This document shows positions 29,326-40,600 of a stretch of DNA of 64,000 nucleotides, piece by piece. The notes under the pieces were generated by a model that saw only the letters and a program-made list of their open reading frames with translations, did not search any database and was not told where the DNA came from. Source of the DNA: Candidatus Obscuribacteraceae bacterium (lineage in GTDB: Bacteria > Cyanobacteriota > Vampirovibrionia > Obscuribacterales > Obscuribacteraceae); the NCBI GenBank assembly GCA_044226015.1, contig JBGAHS010000003.1, positions 768,001 to 832,000 on the forward strand. The letters are read 5' to 3'. The position numbers and the translations under genes are program-made. The first letter of the stretch is position 1, and every line of letters starts with the position of its first letter.

Positions 29326-31650
29326 TCAAGCGTGAGTTTCTTTTCCTTCAGCAAGTTGCGAAAAGTCACATTCCTTGTTGGAGCAAGCGATTTGGTCGCC
29401 ACGCTTCAAGGTCTTGTAAAGCAGCAAGCTTTCGCATTTCGGACAAGTTGTCTTGCCATTTGGTCCATCAGAAAGCAGCGGTGGATACCAGTACGCGGAA
29501 GGACACTGATTCAGACCATAATTGCTGCAGCCGTAGAACATTTTTCCACGTCTTGACTTCTTCTCTACGATGTCTCCACCGCAGCCTTCACGCGGGCACA
29601 CAACACCAGTCGTCTTCACGATAGGTCGCTGTGCATTACATTCAGGATTGCTGCCTGTGTTGGTGCAATGCAAGTAATCTCCATAGCGCCCGTAGCGAAT
29701 GACCATAGGCGCAGTGCATTGCTTGCAGAGCTCTTCTGAGGGTCTATCAGGCGGAACAGGCAAACCTTCTTTTGTGAGTTTGACTGTGCTCTTGCATTCT
29801 GGATATCCAGTACATCCAAGAAAAGGACCGTAGCGTGATGATTTGACTGCCATCTGCAAACCGCAAAGAGGACAGTTTTGGTCAGAGAGGATGACTATTT
29901 TGTTCATGCTCTCTTCTGCTTTCTTCAGAGTCTCGCCGAATGGCTTGTAGAACTCTTTCAGCATGCCATGCCAATCGACCTTATCGTCTTCGATCTGGTC
30001 AAGTTTGGCTTCCATTTCAGCTGTAAAGCCGACATCAACGATGTTGCCGAAATGTTCGACAAGCATTTCGTTGACAGCTCTTCCAAGCTTTGTTGGAACA
30101 AGAGTTTTGTTCTGGCGCTCAACATATTTGCGATCGATAATCGTCGCTACAGTTGCCACATATGTTGACGGTCTTCCAATTCCAAGTTCCTCAAGAGTCT
30201 TAACAAGACTTGCTTCGCTGAATCTCGGAGGTGGCTGAGTGAAGTGTTGCTTTGGATCAAGATCCTTCAACTTGAGAGAATCTTTCTTGTCCAACTCTGG
30301 GAGATGAGCCGTATCTTCATTATCTTCGTCATCAGATTCTTTTGACTCACGATTGAGAACAATGGTATATCCAGCAAAAGTTATCTCCGAAGCCGATGCT
30401 CTGAAAACTGCTTTGCCAGCGGTTATTTCAACCGTTCTTGTGGATAGTTCTGCCGAAGCCATCTGGCTTGCGACAAATCTTTCCCAGATCAATTTATATA
30501 CTTTGTATTGATCAGCCGAAAGATGTGACTTGATTGACTCTGGTGTCTTGTAAACGCTCGTAGGACGAATAGCTTCGTGCGCGTCCTGCATGCTCTTTGC
30601 TTTTCTTTCGTAAACGCGTGGCTTTTCAGGATAATACTTTTTGCCATGCTTTTCGAGAATGTACTCTTTTGCTTCGTCTTGAGCTTGTTGAGCAACACGA
30701 GTCGAGTCAGTTCTCATGTAAGTGATAAGACCTGATGGACCTTGTGTTCCAAGTTCCACACCTTCGTACAAAGACTGCGCAACTTGCATGGTCTTTTTGA
30801 CTGTAAAACCTAGAGCATTTGCAGCTTCTCTCTGCAAGGTAGATGTAATAAACGGAGCCTGAGGTTGTCTCTGGCTGCTCTTGGTGGTTACAGAACTAAC
30901 TACAAAGTCTTCTGACTCAATTGCCTTTGTGATTTTCTTGCACTCTTTTTCAGAGTCAATCGTCATCGTTCCACTGCCACCCTTATCGGAGGCAGAGATG
31001 ATGCGCTTCCCGTCCCACTTCACAAGGTTAGCTTTGAAGCCTTGCTTTGAACGAGCCTTCGAAAATTCGCCTTTCAAAGTCCAATATTCTATTGGGACAA
31101 AACTTTCGATTTCGACTTCGCGTTCACAAATGATGCGCACGGCCACGCTCTGCACACGACCGGCAGATCTGCCGTTAATTCTGCGCCATAGCAACGGGCT
31201 GATTTTATAACCTACAAGACGATCTAGCAGACGACGAGCTTGTTGAGCGTCTACAAGCTGTCCTTTTATATGACGCGGCTTTTTCATTGCCGCAAGAACT
31301 GCTTCTTTTGTAATTTCGTTGAACTCTACTCTGTGCAACTTCTTCGGTGGCACATCTAGAATCTCAGAAAGATGCCATGCAATTGCTTCCCCTTCTCGGT
31401 CAGGGTCAGGCGCGAGATAAACGTGATCAGCTTTCTCTGCTGCTTCTCTTAGTTCTTTTACGATCGGTTCTTTATCGCGCAAAATCTCGTACTGAGGTTC
31501 GAAGTTCTTGCGCACGTTTACGCCTAACTTGTTCTTTGGTAGGTCACGTACGTGGCCGATACTGGCTTTGACCTGGAACTCTTGACCGAGGATCTTGGAA
31601 ATCGTCTTGGCTTTTGCCGGAGACTCAACTATAACGAGAGATTTTCCCAT
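29326..31650 (-). CDS. topA: DNA topoisomerase I with C-terminal zinc ribbons
   Basis: Motifs IVESPAKAKTI, DPDREGE, SAGRVQS, ITYMRTD, GIGRPSTY; C4 zinc ribbons. Confidence 0.97.
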   Translation of the reverse strand: MGKSLVIVESPAKAKTISKILGQEFQVKASIGHVRDLPKNKLGVNVRKNFEPQYEILRDKEPIVKELREAAEKADHVYLAPDPDREGEAIAWHLSEILDVPPKKLHRVEFNEITKEAVLAAMKKPRHIKGQLVDAQQARRLLDRLVGYKISPLLWRRINGRSAGRVQSVAVRIICEREVEIESFVPIEYWTLKGEFSKARSKQGFKANLVKWDGKRIISASDKGGSGTMTIDSEKECKKITKAIESEDFVVSSVTTKSSQRQPQAPFITSTLQREAANALGFTVKKTMQVAQSLYEGVELGTQGPSGLITYMRTDSTRVAQQAQDEAKEYILEKHGKKYYPEKPRVYERKAKSMQDAHEAIRPTSVYKTPESIKSHLSADQYKVYKLIWERFVASQMASAELSTRTVEITAGKAVFRASASEITFAGYTIVLNRESKESDDEDNEDTAHLPELDKKDSLKLKDLDPKQHFTQPPPRFSEASLVKTLEELGIGRPSTYVATVATIIDRKYVERQNKTLVPTKLGRAVNEMLVEHFGNIVDVGFTAEMEAKLDQIEDDKVDWHGMLKEFYKPFGETLKKAEESMNKIVILSDQNCPLCGLQMAVKSSRYGPFLGCTGYPECKSTVKLTKEGLPVPPDRPSEELCKQCTAPMVIRYGRYGDYLHCTNTGSNPECNAQRPIVKTTGVVCPREGCGGDIVEKKSRRGKMFYGCSNYGLNQCPSAYWYPPLLSDGPNGKTTCPKCESLLLYKTLKRGDQIACSNKECDFSQLAEGKETHA

Positions 31651-32016
31651 GCGTTGCTTACTGCTGTGTTGTGAAGAGGGAGTTACGAGTTATTCAAAAT
31701 GACACGTTTTCTGGCTGCCGACAAGCCAAGAAAACCGATTAGGCTTCTGAAGACCTGTCAAGAACCTTATGAGCGGTGAGTATAACACGCTCATCTTTTT
31801 ATATATGATTTGCCATAATTTCTTCTGCCCAAATTTCCACCCTGCGCTTGATCTTTCAGCCAAATGAAAAGGTGATGTCAAGACGACTGTTTAAGCGTAT
31901 CTTGCCATCTTGTCACGATTGTGCGAATTTCCAGCGCTAAACATTGCCGCACAGGGCATTAGCAGGTTTTATGTTTTTTGGAAGATAAATTCGCAAATTT
32001 ATTTCCTTTCACAAAT

Positions 32017-32541
32017 TTACAATCCAGATTTCGAAAAAGCTGCTATTTTCTCTTGACAAGCAGCGAGGACTTTTTCGGCTTCATTTCCGCGGGAAGTCAA
32101 AACAGCTTTTCGGCCACCCTCAGCGACATACTCAATACAAATGCGTAACTCAGAGTAATCGGAGCTAAAATCTTCCCAGAGATTAAGCCACTCCACGACT
32201 GCCACCACCCTGGGAAAAGTCTCCATTATTTCGTCTAACTCAAACTTCAAATTAGCGACCGCTCGCGAATCAAGATCGAGGTCTTCCTGCAAGCGATAGA
32301 GATCAAAATGGTAAAGCGGAACTTCCTGGGCGTTGTATTCATTCAACATCAGAAACGTCGGACTGCTTACCGCATCCTCGACTCCAAGAGCCTGCGCAAG
32401 CCCCTGTGTTAAAGTCGTTTTGCCTGCACCAAGGTCCCCGATTAAGGCAAGAACTAAGCGTCCACTGACGTTTTGCCCTATCAGTGCACCAAGCCGCACC
32501 GTGTCTTCAGCGCTATTCAGATGGATTTCTGTCTTGTTCAT
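32017..32541 (-). CDS. tsaE: tRNA threonylcarbamoyladenosine biosynthesis ATPase
   Basis: Motifs GDLGAGKTT, VSSPTF, YHFDLYRL, VVEW. Confidence 0.93.
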   Translation of the reverse strand: MNKTEIHLNSAEDTVRLGALIGQNVSGRLVLALIGDLGAGKTTLTQGLAQALGVEDAVSSPTFLMLNEYNAQEVPLYHFDLYRLQEDLDLDSRAVANLKFELDEIMETFPRVVAVVEWLNLWEDFSSDYSELRICIEYVAEGGRKAVLTSRGNEAEKVLAACQEKIAAFSKSGL

Positions 32542-32552
32542 TTAGAAGGAGC

Positions 32553-32754
32553 GTCTCGGTCGGAGAACAGCCGCAGTTTTTTGTACCCGGGGATTGATCC
32601 AGGGTGGGAACCCTCCTTTGCGCATTCCGTTTCCTAATTCCAAATCGTCAAGCGACTTAGTTGCATAGGTATACTTCAGCGTTTCGAGTCGGACTCCCTA
32701 ACTTATAAAACTTGTAGGACAAAACTTGCTCAGCAAAATCCTACGACCGAGACT
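32553..32754 (-). ncRNA. ssrS: 6S RNA
   Basis: Perfect 10-bp terminal helix GUCUCGGUCG/CGACCGAGAC; 6S-type blocks GGGAGUCC...GGUUCCCACC...CGGGUACAAAAAA...CGGC; TGcTATGAT extended -10 just upstream (32762-32770). Confidence 0.8.
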
Positions 32755-32883
32755 ATGAAGGATCATAGCAGATCAATCCGCCAGTCAAAATCATCAATTT
32801 TCTAAAATCATCTGCTTCCAATCCACTTAGATCTTTTACTGCAGATAATCAAACTTTACCTATCTTGCACAAACGAAATGCTA

Positions 32884-33861
32884 CTACTTTGATGCAAATG
32901 TATTCACAAAATTTGGGTTCCGCAGAACCTTTCCTTGAACCTCTTCTGCATGGGAATTTTTCTGCATAGTCGGACTGCTTATGTCGGGTCCACTAGCTTC
33001 CTGTATTCTTGCCGTAGCCGAATGAGCGTCGGGATATTCGTTTGGGTTCGCTTTCCCATAGTAACGCACATAGAGATTGGTTCCGCGTGTCTGCAACTTT
33101 ACTCCGCTAGGTCCTACGGGTTGATCTAGTTGGGTTTGCAAATTCTCAGCTGCCTCATCTACCAGGGCCGAACGGCTCTTTCGCCAGCTGTCATAAGGCT
33201 TTGAGCGCTCAGCTGCCTCTCGAATAAGCCTCTCTTTTTGTGCTGCTGCCGCTGTACGAATTTGATCTTCCCGCTCTTTCATCAGCTCAGGAACAGCCAG
33301 AAGCCTGTTAGCTTGAGCACCACCGTTGAACACGATAGGGTCGTGCAAACGTTCAATTTCGTATTGCATTTGCTGGTCAATTGCTTTTAGCTGCTCATCA
33401 AGCTTTGCTTTGATCTCTTGCTCTGTTCGGCTTGCAACAACTTCGTGCTTGTCTTTTTCAAAACTCGCTTGTTTTTGTATTCGTTTTTTAGCCCGTCCAA
33501 TGTCGTCCTGTGCAAGAGGCTCATCGATTTTAACCGCCGGAAGACGCTTGCCGTAAGCCAGAAGCGCTTTCTTGCAAAACTCTCCAGTAGGACTACTTGC
33601 ATCAAGCATATAAGCGAGCTTGTATTCTTCGGCTGCTCGCTCGTTCTGGTCAATACGTACAAGACAATTCGCAAGCAGATAGTGGTGAATTTGCCGGGTA
33701 GGCTCTTGCAGAGTAGCTGCTGTAAACAACTGTGCAGCCTTTCTAAATTGCCCTTGCTTATACTGCACCATTCCCTGGTCATAGTAAGACGCACTAGCCT
33801 CAGCTTTGCTGATGCTGCAGAGACCTATTACTAGCGCTAGTACCGCTGACTGCTTTCGCAC
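32884..33861 (-). CDS. Secreted protein with N-terminal TPR and coiled coil
   Basis: Signal peptide, one TPR pair, long charged helix. Confidence 0.7.
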   Translation of the reverse strand: MRKQSAVLALVIGLCSISKAEASASYYDQGMVQYKQGQFRKAAQLFTAATLQEPTRQIHHYLLANCLVRIDQNERAAEEYKLAYMLDASSPTGEFCKKALLAYGKRLPAVKIDEPLAQDDIGRAKKRIQKQASFEKDKHEVVASRTEQEIKAKLDEQLKAIDQQMQYEIERLHDPIVFNGGAQANRLLAVPELMKEREDQIRTAAAAQKERLIREAAERSKPYDSWRKSRSALVDEAAENLQTQLDQPVGPSGVKLQTRGTNLYVRYYGKANPNEYPDAHSATARIQEASGPDISSPTMQKNSHAEEVQGKVLRNPNFVNTFASK

Positions 33862-33943
33862 GTTATAACCAGAAAAAGAGCTGAACTCTTTCTAGTTTAT
33901 CAGCTAAAACTGCCGAACAAATGGTGATTACCGCACCCTTTTT

Positions 33944-35410
33944 CTACATCTCATTGTCTTTTCGAGATTTCGCAAGTCGCTCTGCCGACTCTTTCAAGAA
34001 TTCGCTTGCAGGCTCTTTCTCCTGAGCGAGGCGCGCCTCTTGCTCTGCCTCTGCCAACTTACCCTTAGCCTCTTCTAGCATGGAAAGGCAGGCATGAGGA
34101 GCCGCAGAGTTCTTATCTAATTCAGCTGCTTTCTTAAACTGATTGAAGGCAGAACTGAAATCTCCCAGCTTAGTCAGAGCAAGCCCCAAACCGATGCGAA
34201 GCTCAGCCTCAGCGGGGCGAACTTCCACTACCTGTTTGTACAATTCAGCTGCCTTCGAAAAATTTCCTGATGACAGATAAGCTGCCGCAAGACGATTTTT
34301 TGCCTCAAAACTGCCTGGGGAAAGCTTCAATGCTTCTGCGAATTGATCGATTGCACCTTGTTCATCTTTGTTTGCCTCAAGAACAGCTCCGAGGGCCAGA
34401 TGACTCTGCGACAGCTCTGGCTTTACTTTAACAGCCTCGCGCAAAACAGCTATGGCAGCCTCTGGCTTGCCACTACGAAGCAAAAGTAAGCCCTGCCCAG
34501 CCTGAGCATCAACCAGGGTCGGATTCAATTCTATAGCCTTCTGGTAAGCCTCCAGTGAATCTTTCAATTCGCCTTTGCCAGCCAGAGCCCAGGCCAGATT
34601 GCACCAGGCCACTGAGTTCTTCGGCTCTGATTGAATCACCTTTCGTGACTCTCTTACCTGTCCATCCAGGTCTCCAGAGTTACCCAAAGCAACGGCTAGA
34701 GCATTTCTTGCAGATACAGAGTCTGGACAATTTTCCAGAGCTTGTTGGAAGAAACGTTTGGCCAGGTCGAACTTACCCTGCCTGAACATCAACAAGCCAC
34801 GATTAACGAGCGCTTTTGAAACTGGTGTTTCTGTTTCTTTAACTTGTTTGGTATCACCAGTGACACCAGCCATTTCACTCAACCCTGTCTGCTCAAGCTC
34901 TCTCACAACGGGAGCTGTCTCTCCCTTGTTCCATCTCATTTTCGGCAAGTTCATTGCTTCTAAATTACGCTTAGCAATTTGATTGTTTGGCTCAAGCTCG
35001 ATAGCTCTCTTCAAATGTTCTCTTGCGCCTTCTTCGTCATTCAACTTTTTCAAGACAAATGCCAGTTCGATATGCGAAGGCACATAGTTACCGTTGGTGG
35101 CCAGGGCTTTGCGCTCACAGTCTGCTGCTGCGCTCATCTCTTCTGTGTGCACGTAGGCTACTGCGAGATCATGCAATGCGACAACGTTTGAAGGGTCTTG
35201 CGAACAAGCTTGCAAAAAGCTCTCTTTCGCTTTCTCCCAACGACCGCCTTTTGCGTGCCCCTCTCCAGCCGCAATTAACTTGCCAGACCCATCAACGGAA
35301 GATCCCACTTCACTCGCTCTTGCATCCAGCGCGAAAGCAGACAACCCTAAAATGGCCGAAAGGCTAATTACGAACTTTCCTGATTTCATATTCTCTCCAA
35401 ACTTGAACAA
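33944..35410 (-). CDS. Secreted multi-TPR protein
   Basis: Signal peptide and about 11-12 TPR repeats. Confidence 0.85.
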   Translation of the reverse strand: MFKFGENMKSGKFVISLSAILGLSAFALDARASEVGSSVDGSGKLIAAGEGHAKGGRWEKAKESFLQACSQDPSNVVALHDLAVAYVHTEEMSAAADCERKALATNGNYVPSHIELAFVLKKLNDEEGAREHLKRAIELEPNNQIAKRNLEAMNLPKMRWNKGETAPVVRELEQTGLSEMAGVTGDTKQVKETETPVSKALVNRGLLMFRQGKFDLAKRFFQQALENCPDSVSARNALAVALGNSGDLDGQVRESRKVIQSEPKNSVAWCNLAWALAGKGELKDSLEAYQKAIELNPTLVDAQAGQGLLLLRSGKPEAAIAVLREAVKVKPELSQSHLALGAVLEANKDEQGAIDQFAEALKLSPGSFEAKNRLAAAYLSSGNFSKAAELYKQVVEVRPAEAELRIGLGLALTKLGDFSSAFNQFKKAAELDKNSAAPHACLSMLEEAKGKLAEAEQEARLAQEKEPASEFLKESAERLAKSRKDNEM

Positions 35411-35532
35411 GCCGATTCGATATATGCACCCGCGCTCATTATCTTCTATTTACAACCTCTTTTGGCCTTGTAAGACCAGTTTTTTCGGTTTAGGATTTCT
35501 AGCTGATTGAAATTCAGGGGAAGGTCATCGAT

Positions 35533-36126
35533 TTGATGTGTTCTTTTTCATACGCCAGGGCGATTTCTCTGGTGCTTCTCTTCCAGGTATTTACATATTC
35601 TGCATGTGCTCAAACTGGAGAGCCTCAGCAAGCTTCCTCTGAGCCAGCAGCAACAAACCAAGAGGTTCTGCCAAAGCCAGCCAACACAATGCCACCAGCC
35701 TTGCCAGATCGCACAGTTCCTGCACCACCAGCAATATCACATACTCCTGCCAGCTCACAGGTAAAACAGCCTCTTGCCTGGCGCCAGAAAGCACTAAATA
35801 TTTCATGCGATAAATTCAAACAAAACGCAGCAGCTGCAAATTCGAACCAGAGAGTTATCATCGGAAGCTATTCCGACGTGATTGTCGCGCTAACCGAGAC
35901 CTGTTCGGGCTTCTCCTACAAAAGCGAGCAGTTTAATAGCAATGCAGGTGAGCTTCTCGTCAGCAACGGCAAGAGCAGATTTTTGTTTTGTTTGTGGGAG
36001 CAAGAACCATCGAAAACAACAATCGCAGCCTGTGTGGAAAAGGGAAAAAACTCAGAAACACTCAAGACGCTTAATGCGATCTTAGACTCAACATGTACCG
36101 CATTCGCACACCGAGGACGTATTTGA
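35533..36126 (+). CDS. Hypothetical exported protein
   Basis: Signal-like N-terminus, Pro-rich linker; stop overlaps the pncB start (TGATG). Confidence 0.6.
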   Translation: MMCSFSYARAISLVLLFQVFTYSACAQTGEPQQASSEPAATNQEVLPKPANTMPPALPDRTVPAPPAISHTPASSQVKQPLAWRQKALNISCDKFKQNAAAANSNQRVIIGSYSDVIVALTETCSGFSYKSEQFNSNAGELLVSNGKSRFLFCLWEQEPSKTTIAACVEKGKNSETLKTLNAILDSTCTAFAHRGRI

Positions 36127-37619
36127 TGGTTAGCACAATTGGAAGCATGTACGGTCCCTCCGTGGCTCTGCTCACAGACCTATATCAACTCACCATGGCT
36201 TACTCTTACTGGAAATCTGGTACTGATGATAAGGAAGCAGTTTTTCATCTCTTTTTTCGAAAAGCGCCATTTCACAACGGTGTGACGATAGCCTGCGGCT
36301 TGCACTACACCATTGACTTTCTGCAAAGATTTCGTTTTCTTGATGATGATGTACGTTACCTTGCCACCTTATCTGGTGCCGATGGACAGCCCCTGTTTTC
36401 GGCAGAGTTTTTAGAATATCTTAGAAACATGCGCTTTTCATGCGATGTTGACTCCGTTCCCGAAGGAACCATCATGTTTCCACAGGAGCCCATGCTGCGC
36501 ATAAAAGGTCCGATAGTGCAATGCCAGTTGCTTGAAACTGCGCTCCTGAACATCTGGAATTTTCAAACACTTGTAGCTACAAAAGCTAATCGAATCAGGC
36601 AGGCTGCAGGAAATAATCCGGTTCTCGAATTCGGATGCCGCCGGGCACAAGGTGCTGATGGCGCCCTCACAGCAAGTTGGGCTGCTCACGTGGGTGGATG
36701 CGATTCAAGTTCAAACGTTTTGGCTGGAAAGGTGTTTGGCATTCCGGTATCTGGAACCCATGCACACAGCTGGGTCATGAGCTTTGACGATGAATTGAGC
36801 GCCTTCAAAGAGTATGCCAAAGCATTACCGAACAATTGCATCTTTCTCGTCGACACTTATGACACTCTTCAAGGAGTGCAGCACGCCATCGAAGTAGGAA
36901 AACTTCTCAAGGCTCAAGGACACAAATTACTTGGCATACGGTTGGACTCGGGCGACCTTGCTTACCTCAGTATTGAAGCACGCAAATTGCTTGATGAAGC
37001 TGGATTTACAGACACAAATATAGTCGCCAGTAATGACCTTGATGAAAACATCATTTCAAGTTTGAACGCTCAAGGAGCCCGTATAAATGTCTGGGGCATC
37101 GGAACCAAGCTTGTAACAGCTTTCGACCAACCCGCACTGGGTGGTGTTTTCAAACTGGCTGCCACTAGAAAGCCAGGTAACAGTTGGAAATACACCATTA
37201 AGCTTTCGGAGCAATCGGCAAAAATCTCCACACCAGGAATTCAGCAGGTGAGAAGGTTTCTGAAGGGTGGTCTTTTCCTTGCTGATGCCATATATGATAC
37301 CAATGGTGATATACCAAAAGGCTTTGTTATCATCGACCCGTTAGACTTAACCAGGCGCCGTGTCATTTCCAGAGAGGCAGATTTTGAAGACCTGCTTCAA
37401 CCAATATTTAGAGATGGCCAACTCGTTTATACCGCACCAGATCGCCTTGTCGTAAAAGACCACGTGGAATCGCAATTGCAGCGTTTTCACCCGACCATCA
37501 GACGCTTGCTCAACCCTCACGAGTACCCTGTAGGCCTCGAACAAAACCTGCATAAACTACGTACAGAACTCATCATGAAGGCCAGAGGCACAGCCGACCT
37601 TAACCTTCAAGAAATTTGA
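36126..37619 (+). CDS. pncB: Nicotinate phosphoribosyltransferase
   Basis: Motifs LLTDLYQLTM, EFGCRRAQG, GTHAHSWV, LVDTYDT, RLDSGDL. Confidence 0.95.
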   Translation: MVSTIGSMYGPSVALLTDLYQLTMAYSYWKSGTDDKEAVFHLFFRKAPFHNGVTIACGLHYTIDFLQRFRFLDDDVRYLATLSGADGQPLFSAEFLEYLRNMRFSCDVDSVPEGTIMFPQEPMLRIKGPIVQCQLLETALLNIWNFQTLVATKANRIRQAAGNNPVLEFGCRRAQGADGALTASWAAHVGGCDSSSNVLAGKVFGIPVSGTHAHSWVMSFDDELSAFKEYAKALPNNCIFLVDTYDTLQGVQHAIEVGKLLKAQGHKLLGIRLDSGDLAYLSIEARKLLDEAGFTDTNIVASNDLDENIISSLNAQGARINVWGIGTKLVTAFDQPALGGVFKLAATRKPGNSWKYTIKLSEQSAKISTPGIQQVRRFLKGGLFLADAIYDTNGDIPKGFVIIDPLDLTRRRVISREADFEDLLQPIFRDGQLVYTAPDRLVVKDHVESQLQRFHPTIRRLLNPHEYPVGLEQNLHKLRTELIMKARGTADLNLQEI

Positions 37620-40600
37620 GAAATTTGACAAAGGTTCCAGGTTTGTTAGGGTCTTGCTTAAGCTCAGCTGCAGTCCCTTGCGGGGCGCCCTGAGGCACAG
37701 GAGTTCCGCACTCGCCACAGAACTTTGCTTCTGGTTCTAACGGCGCTGAACAGCCACTACATGCCTCAATTCGCGTCGGCAATGAATATCCACACTCGCC
37801 ACAAAAGCTAGCATTTGCTTCAAGCGGATTGCTACATGAAGGGCACACTGGTATTCCTTCGGCAATCTCTTCTTCCTGATAAGAAGCAGGCTCACCAGCA
37901 CTGTGATATGTATTCGCTGGCACTTCCGCATCGTCAAATGCGTAGTTCGGTTGCGATGGTGTGCCGTAGGGAGAAGCCGATTGAGGCGCTCCAAATGGCG
38001 TATCAAGCACACCACTGTTCTGTGCGGCACTATTAAGATCTGGATCAGGCACAGACCTGCTTTGGACTGGACCGGGCGGACCCTGCATCGGAACACCAGT
38101 GTATGGCTGCACTCGCATCGCTGATGGTGGCAAAGCAGGCATCGGTGGAGGAGCAGGCGGAGCCGGAATATCAGGTTCCTTCACAAGAGGAGGAGCTTCC
38201 TCCTGCTTCTTATTCTTAGAAGGAGGCAATTTCTTCATGCCACGAGCAGCCGCTGGCTCGGGGTTGTCCACATATGGTGTTAAACCCTTAGAAAGCTCTA
38301 GGGGCTTATCTTCCGGAGCTTGCGGAGAAGGCACAATGTCCGTTGGGTCAAGATATCGAGTACTTCCATAGAGAAGCATATTGGGATCTTGCGGCGCCAC
38401 AAGTGCTGCAGGAGCCTCAATGGGTACGGCTGCTTGAATCGGAGGACTCACTGCTGGCATCGGCGGCACAGAGGATAGAGCATCCACCTGACTCTGAACT
38501 GGATGTGGATCCACCAAAGGGGCTACTGGTTCTACTGCGCTCTGATTTGGCTGTCCTTGGTTCACTGCTCTAACTGCAGGGTTGATAGGCTGAACAGGTG
38601 CGACAGGCAAGACTGGCGGGGTCACTGGCGCTGTCGGAGCCTGAGGAAGCACTGGCGGCTGCGGTCGTGAGATCTGTACCGGCGAAACAGGCTGCATCTG
38701 CACAGGAGATTCAGCGATCTGCGGAGGCGCCGAGGGCGGAGAAGCTGGCTGTACAGGAGCAGGCTGCGGAACCGGCTGCGCCAGAACTGGGACGGGCGCC
38801 GGCTCGACATGAACTGGGGCTGCTGGTTCAGCAGCACGCATCGGTGGAGCCACTTGCACAGGAACATTCGCTATTAACCTCGACTCTGCAAGGAAGCGAG
38901 ATGGACCAAGATCATTTCCGGCACTCTTACATGGAAAACTGAGATAGATTCCTTCTCGTGCTCTGGTGAAAGCCACGTAGAAAAGCCTTCTCTCTTCTTC
39001 CAGGTCGGCTGTGCCAGAGAGAGGAAATAGCCCCTCAGCAAGACCAACCAGAAAGACCACCGGAAACTCGCTGCCCTTAACGTCGTAAACCGATTTAACA
39101 TGAACGGCCTGTTCTTCGTTCTTGTCCTCATAATCACCAATGCGATCTTCAACATGTTGAACGAATTCAACAACAGTGGAAAACTTGCGCGCTTCCTCTT
39201 CCATGCGTCCCAGCTTTTTCAGAGGCTCATAAACCTGCCCTGGCGGGACTTTTATATTCTTGTAGTAGTCATTCAACCTTCTCGTGCGTCTGAGATATCC
39301 AATCGACTCCGCAGGTGGCAGCCTGTCGTTGTTCATTGCACGAATTACTTTTACTAATTGCTCCAATTCCTTGCAGCTATGATCAGCAGTGGCTTCTGCA
39401 TAAATTTCCACTGCTTTCAAATAAGACAAATTGTTTGCACCGGCGAAACTAGCTATGGTGGCGGAAAGCTTGGGATCAATCTCTTTGGTGCCAAGCTGAC
39501 AGACACGCTCAAATGACTCCCTGGCACGGGGACCGTCCGGGTCCATCACCAGCTTGAGGAAAGCAAGCATGTCTCCCAGCTCATCAGGAATTACTGAACT
39601 ATCTGAAACACTAGCTTTGAATCTCACGCCTCTGGCAGCAAGTTCCTCTTCCAGCATTGTTTCATATTGATTTTGTCTGTAAATTATCGCTATGTCGCCA
39701 GCATTACGTCCAGCATCAATAAGATTCTTCACCTGCTGCGCGGTCCACGCAGCATCCTCACCTTCGTCGATGCAGGCCTGTGGTCCGAATATGGCTGCTG
39801 TGGGCACAGCTCCCCAACCAGAATCAAAAGGTTTTTTGATCTTGCTTCGCTCAAGGTAGGAAATTATCCACTTCGCATGTTCAACAATTGTGGGATGACA
39901 GCGCCAATTGTGCTCCATCGTAATTGCTCTGCCATTGGGAAAACGAATCGTGAAATCAGCAAGCAACTCAGGACATGCATTTTTGCTTTCGGAAATAGTT
40001 TCATCCTCATCACCAGAGATGAAGAAGTTATCTTGAGGAGCTGCAATGATACGCGCCAGCATATCTTGCGCCACTGTCACTTCCTGGTACTCGTCCGCGA
40101 GAATAAACTCGTATTGACTTTGATACTTCGTGCGCAATTCTGAATTTTCCAGAAGCAGGTTCACTGCCATTCCGAAAACATCATTGCGATCTATTCGATT
40201 TGTCTTCTGAAGCTGGTCCTCATAAGCCTGATAGACACGAGCCACCATAGACTCTGTCTCATTTTCGGCCTGGTCTTTGGCTTGCTTGGCAGAAATCAAA
40301 TGCGTTTTGTACATGCTGATCATGTCATAGACATAAAACTCATCTATTTCCCCGGACATTTCGAGCTTCAGAGAATCGGTATCTTTTCGGGCTTTGCTCA
40401 GGAGTTTCTGTATTACTTTCTCTGGACTCGTCTCCAGCTTTAGCGGTGGCTTCCGCTTAATGGTGTTGATATTTTCTTTGAGAATCTTCATGCCGAGATC
40501 ATGAAAAGAAATAACATTGAGCCTCGGTGCCCATTGCTTATCAATATTCGTTTCCAAACTTTGCTTTAGCAGGCGTGCGGTGTCAGCTGAATAGCTGAGT

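Noticed and set aside
37600..37619. 20-nt convergent overlap of pncB and the helicase fusion
   Set aside because: Short 3' overlaps of convergent genes are common.
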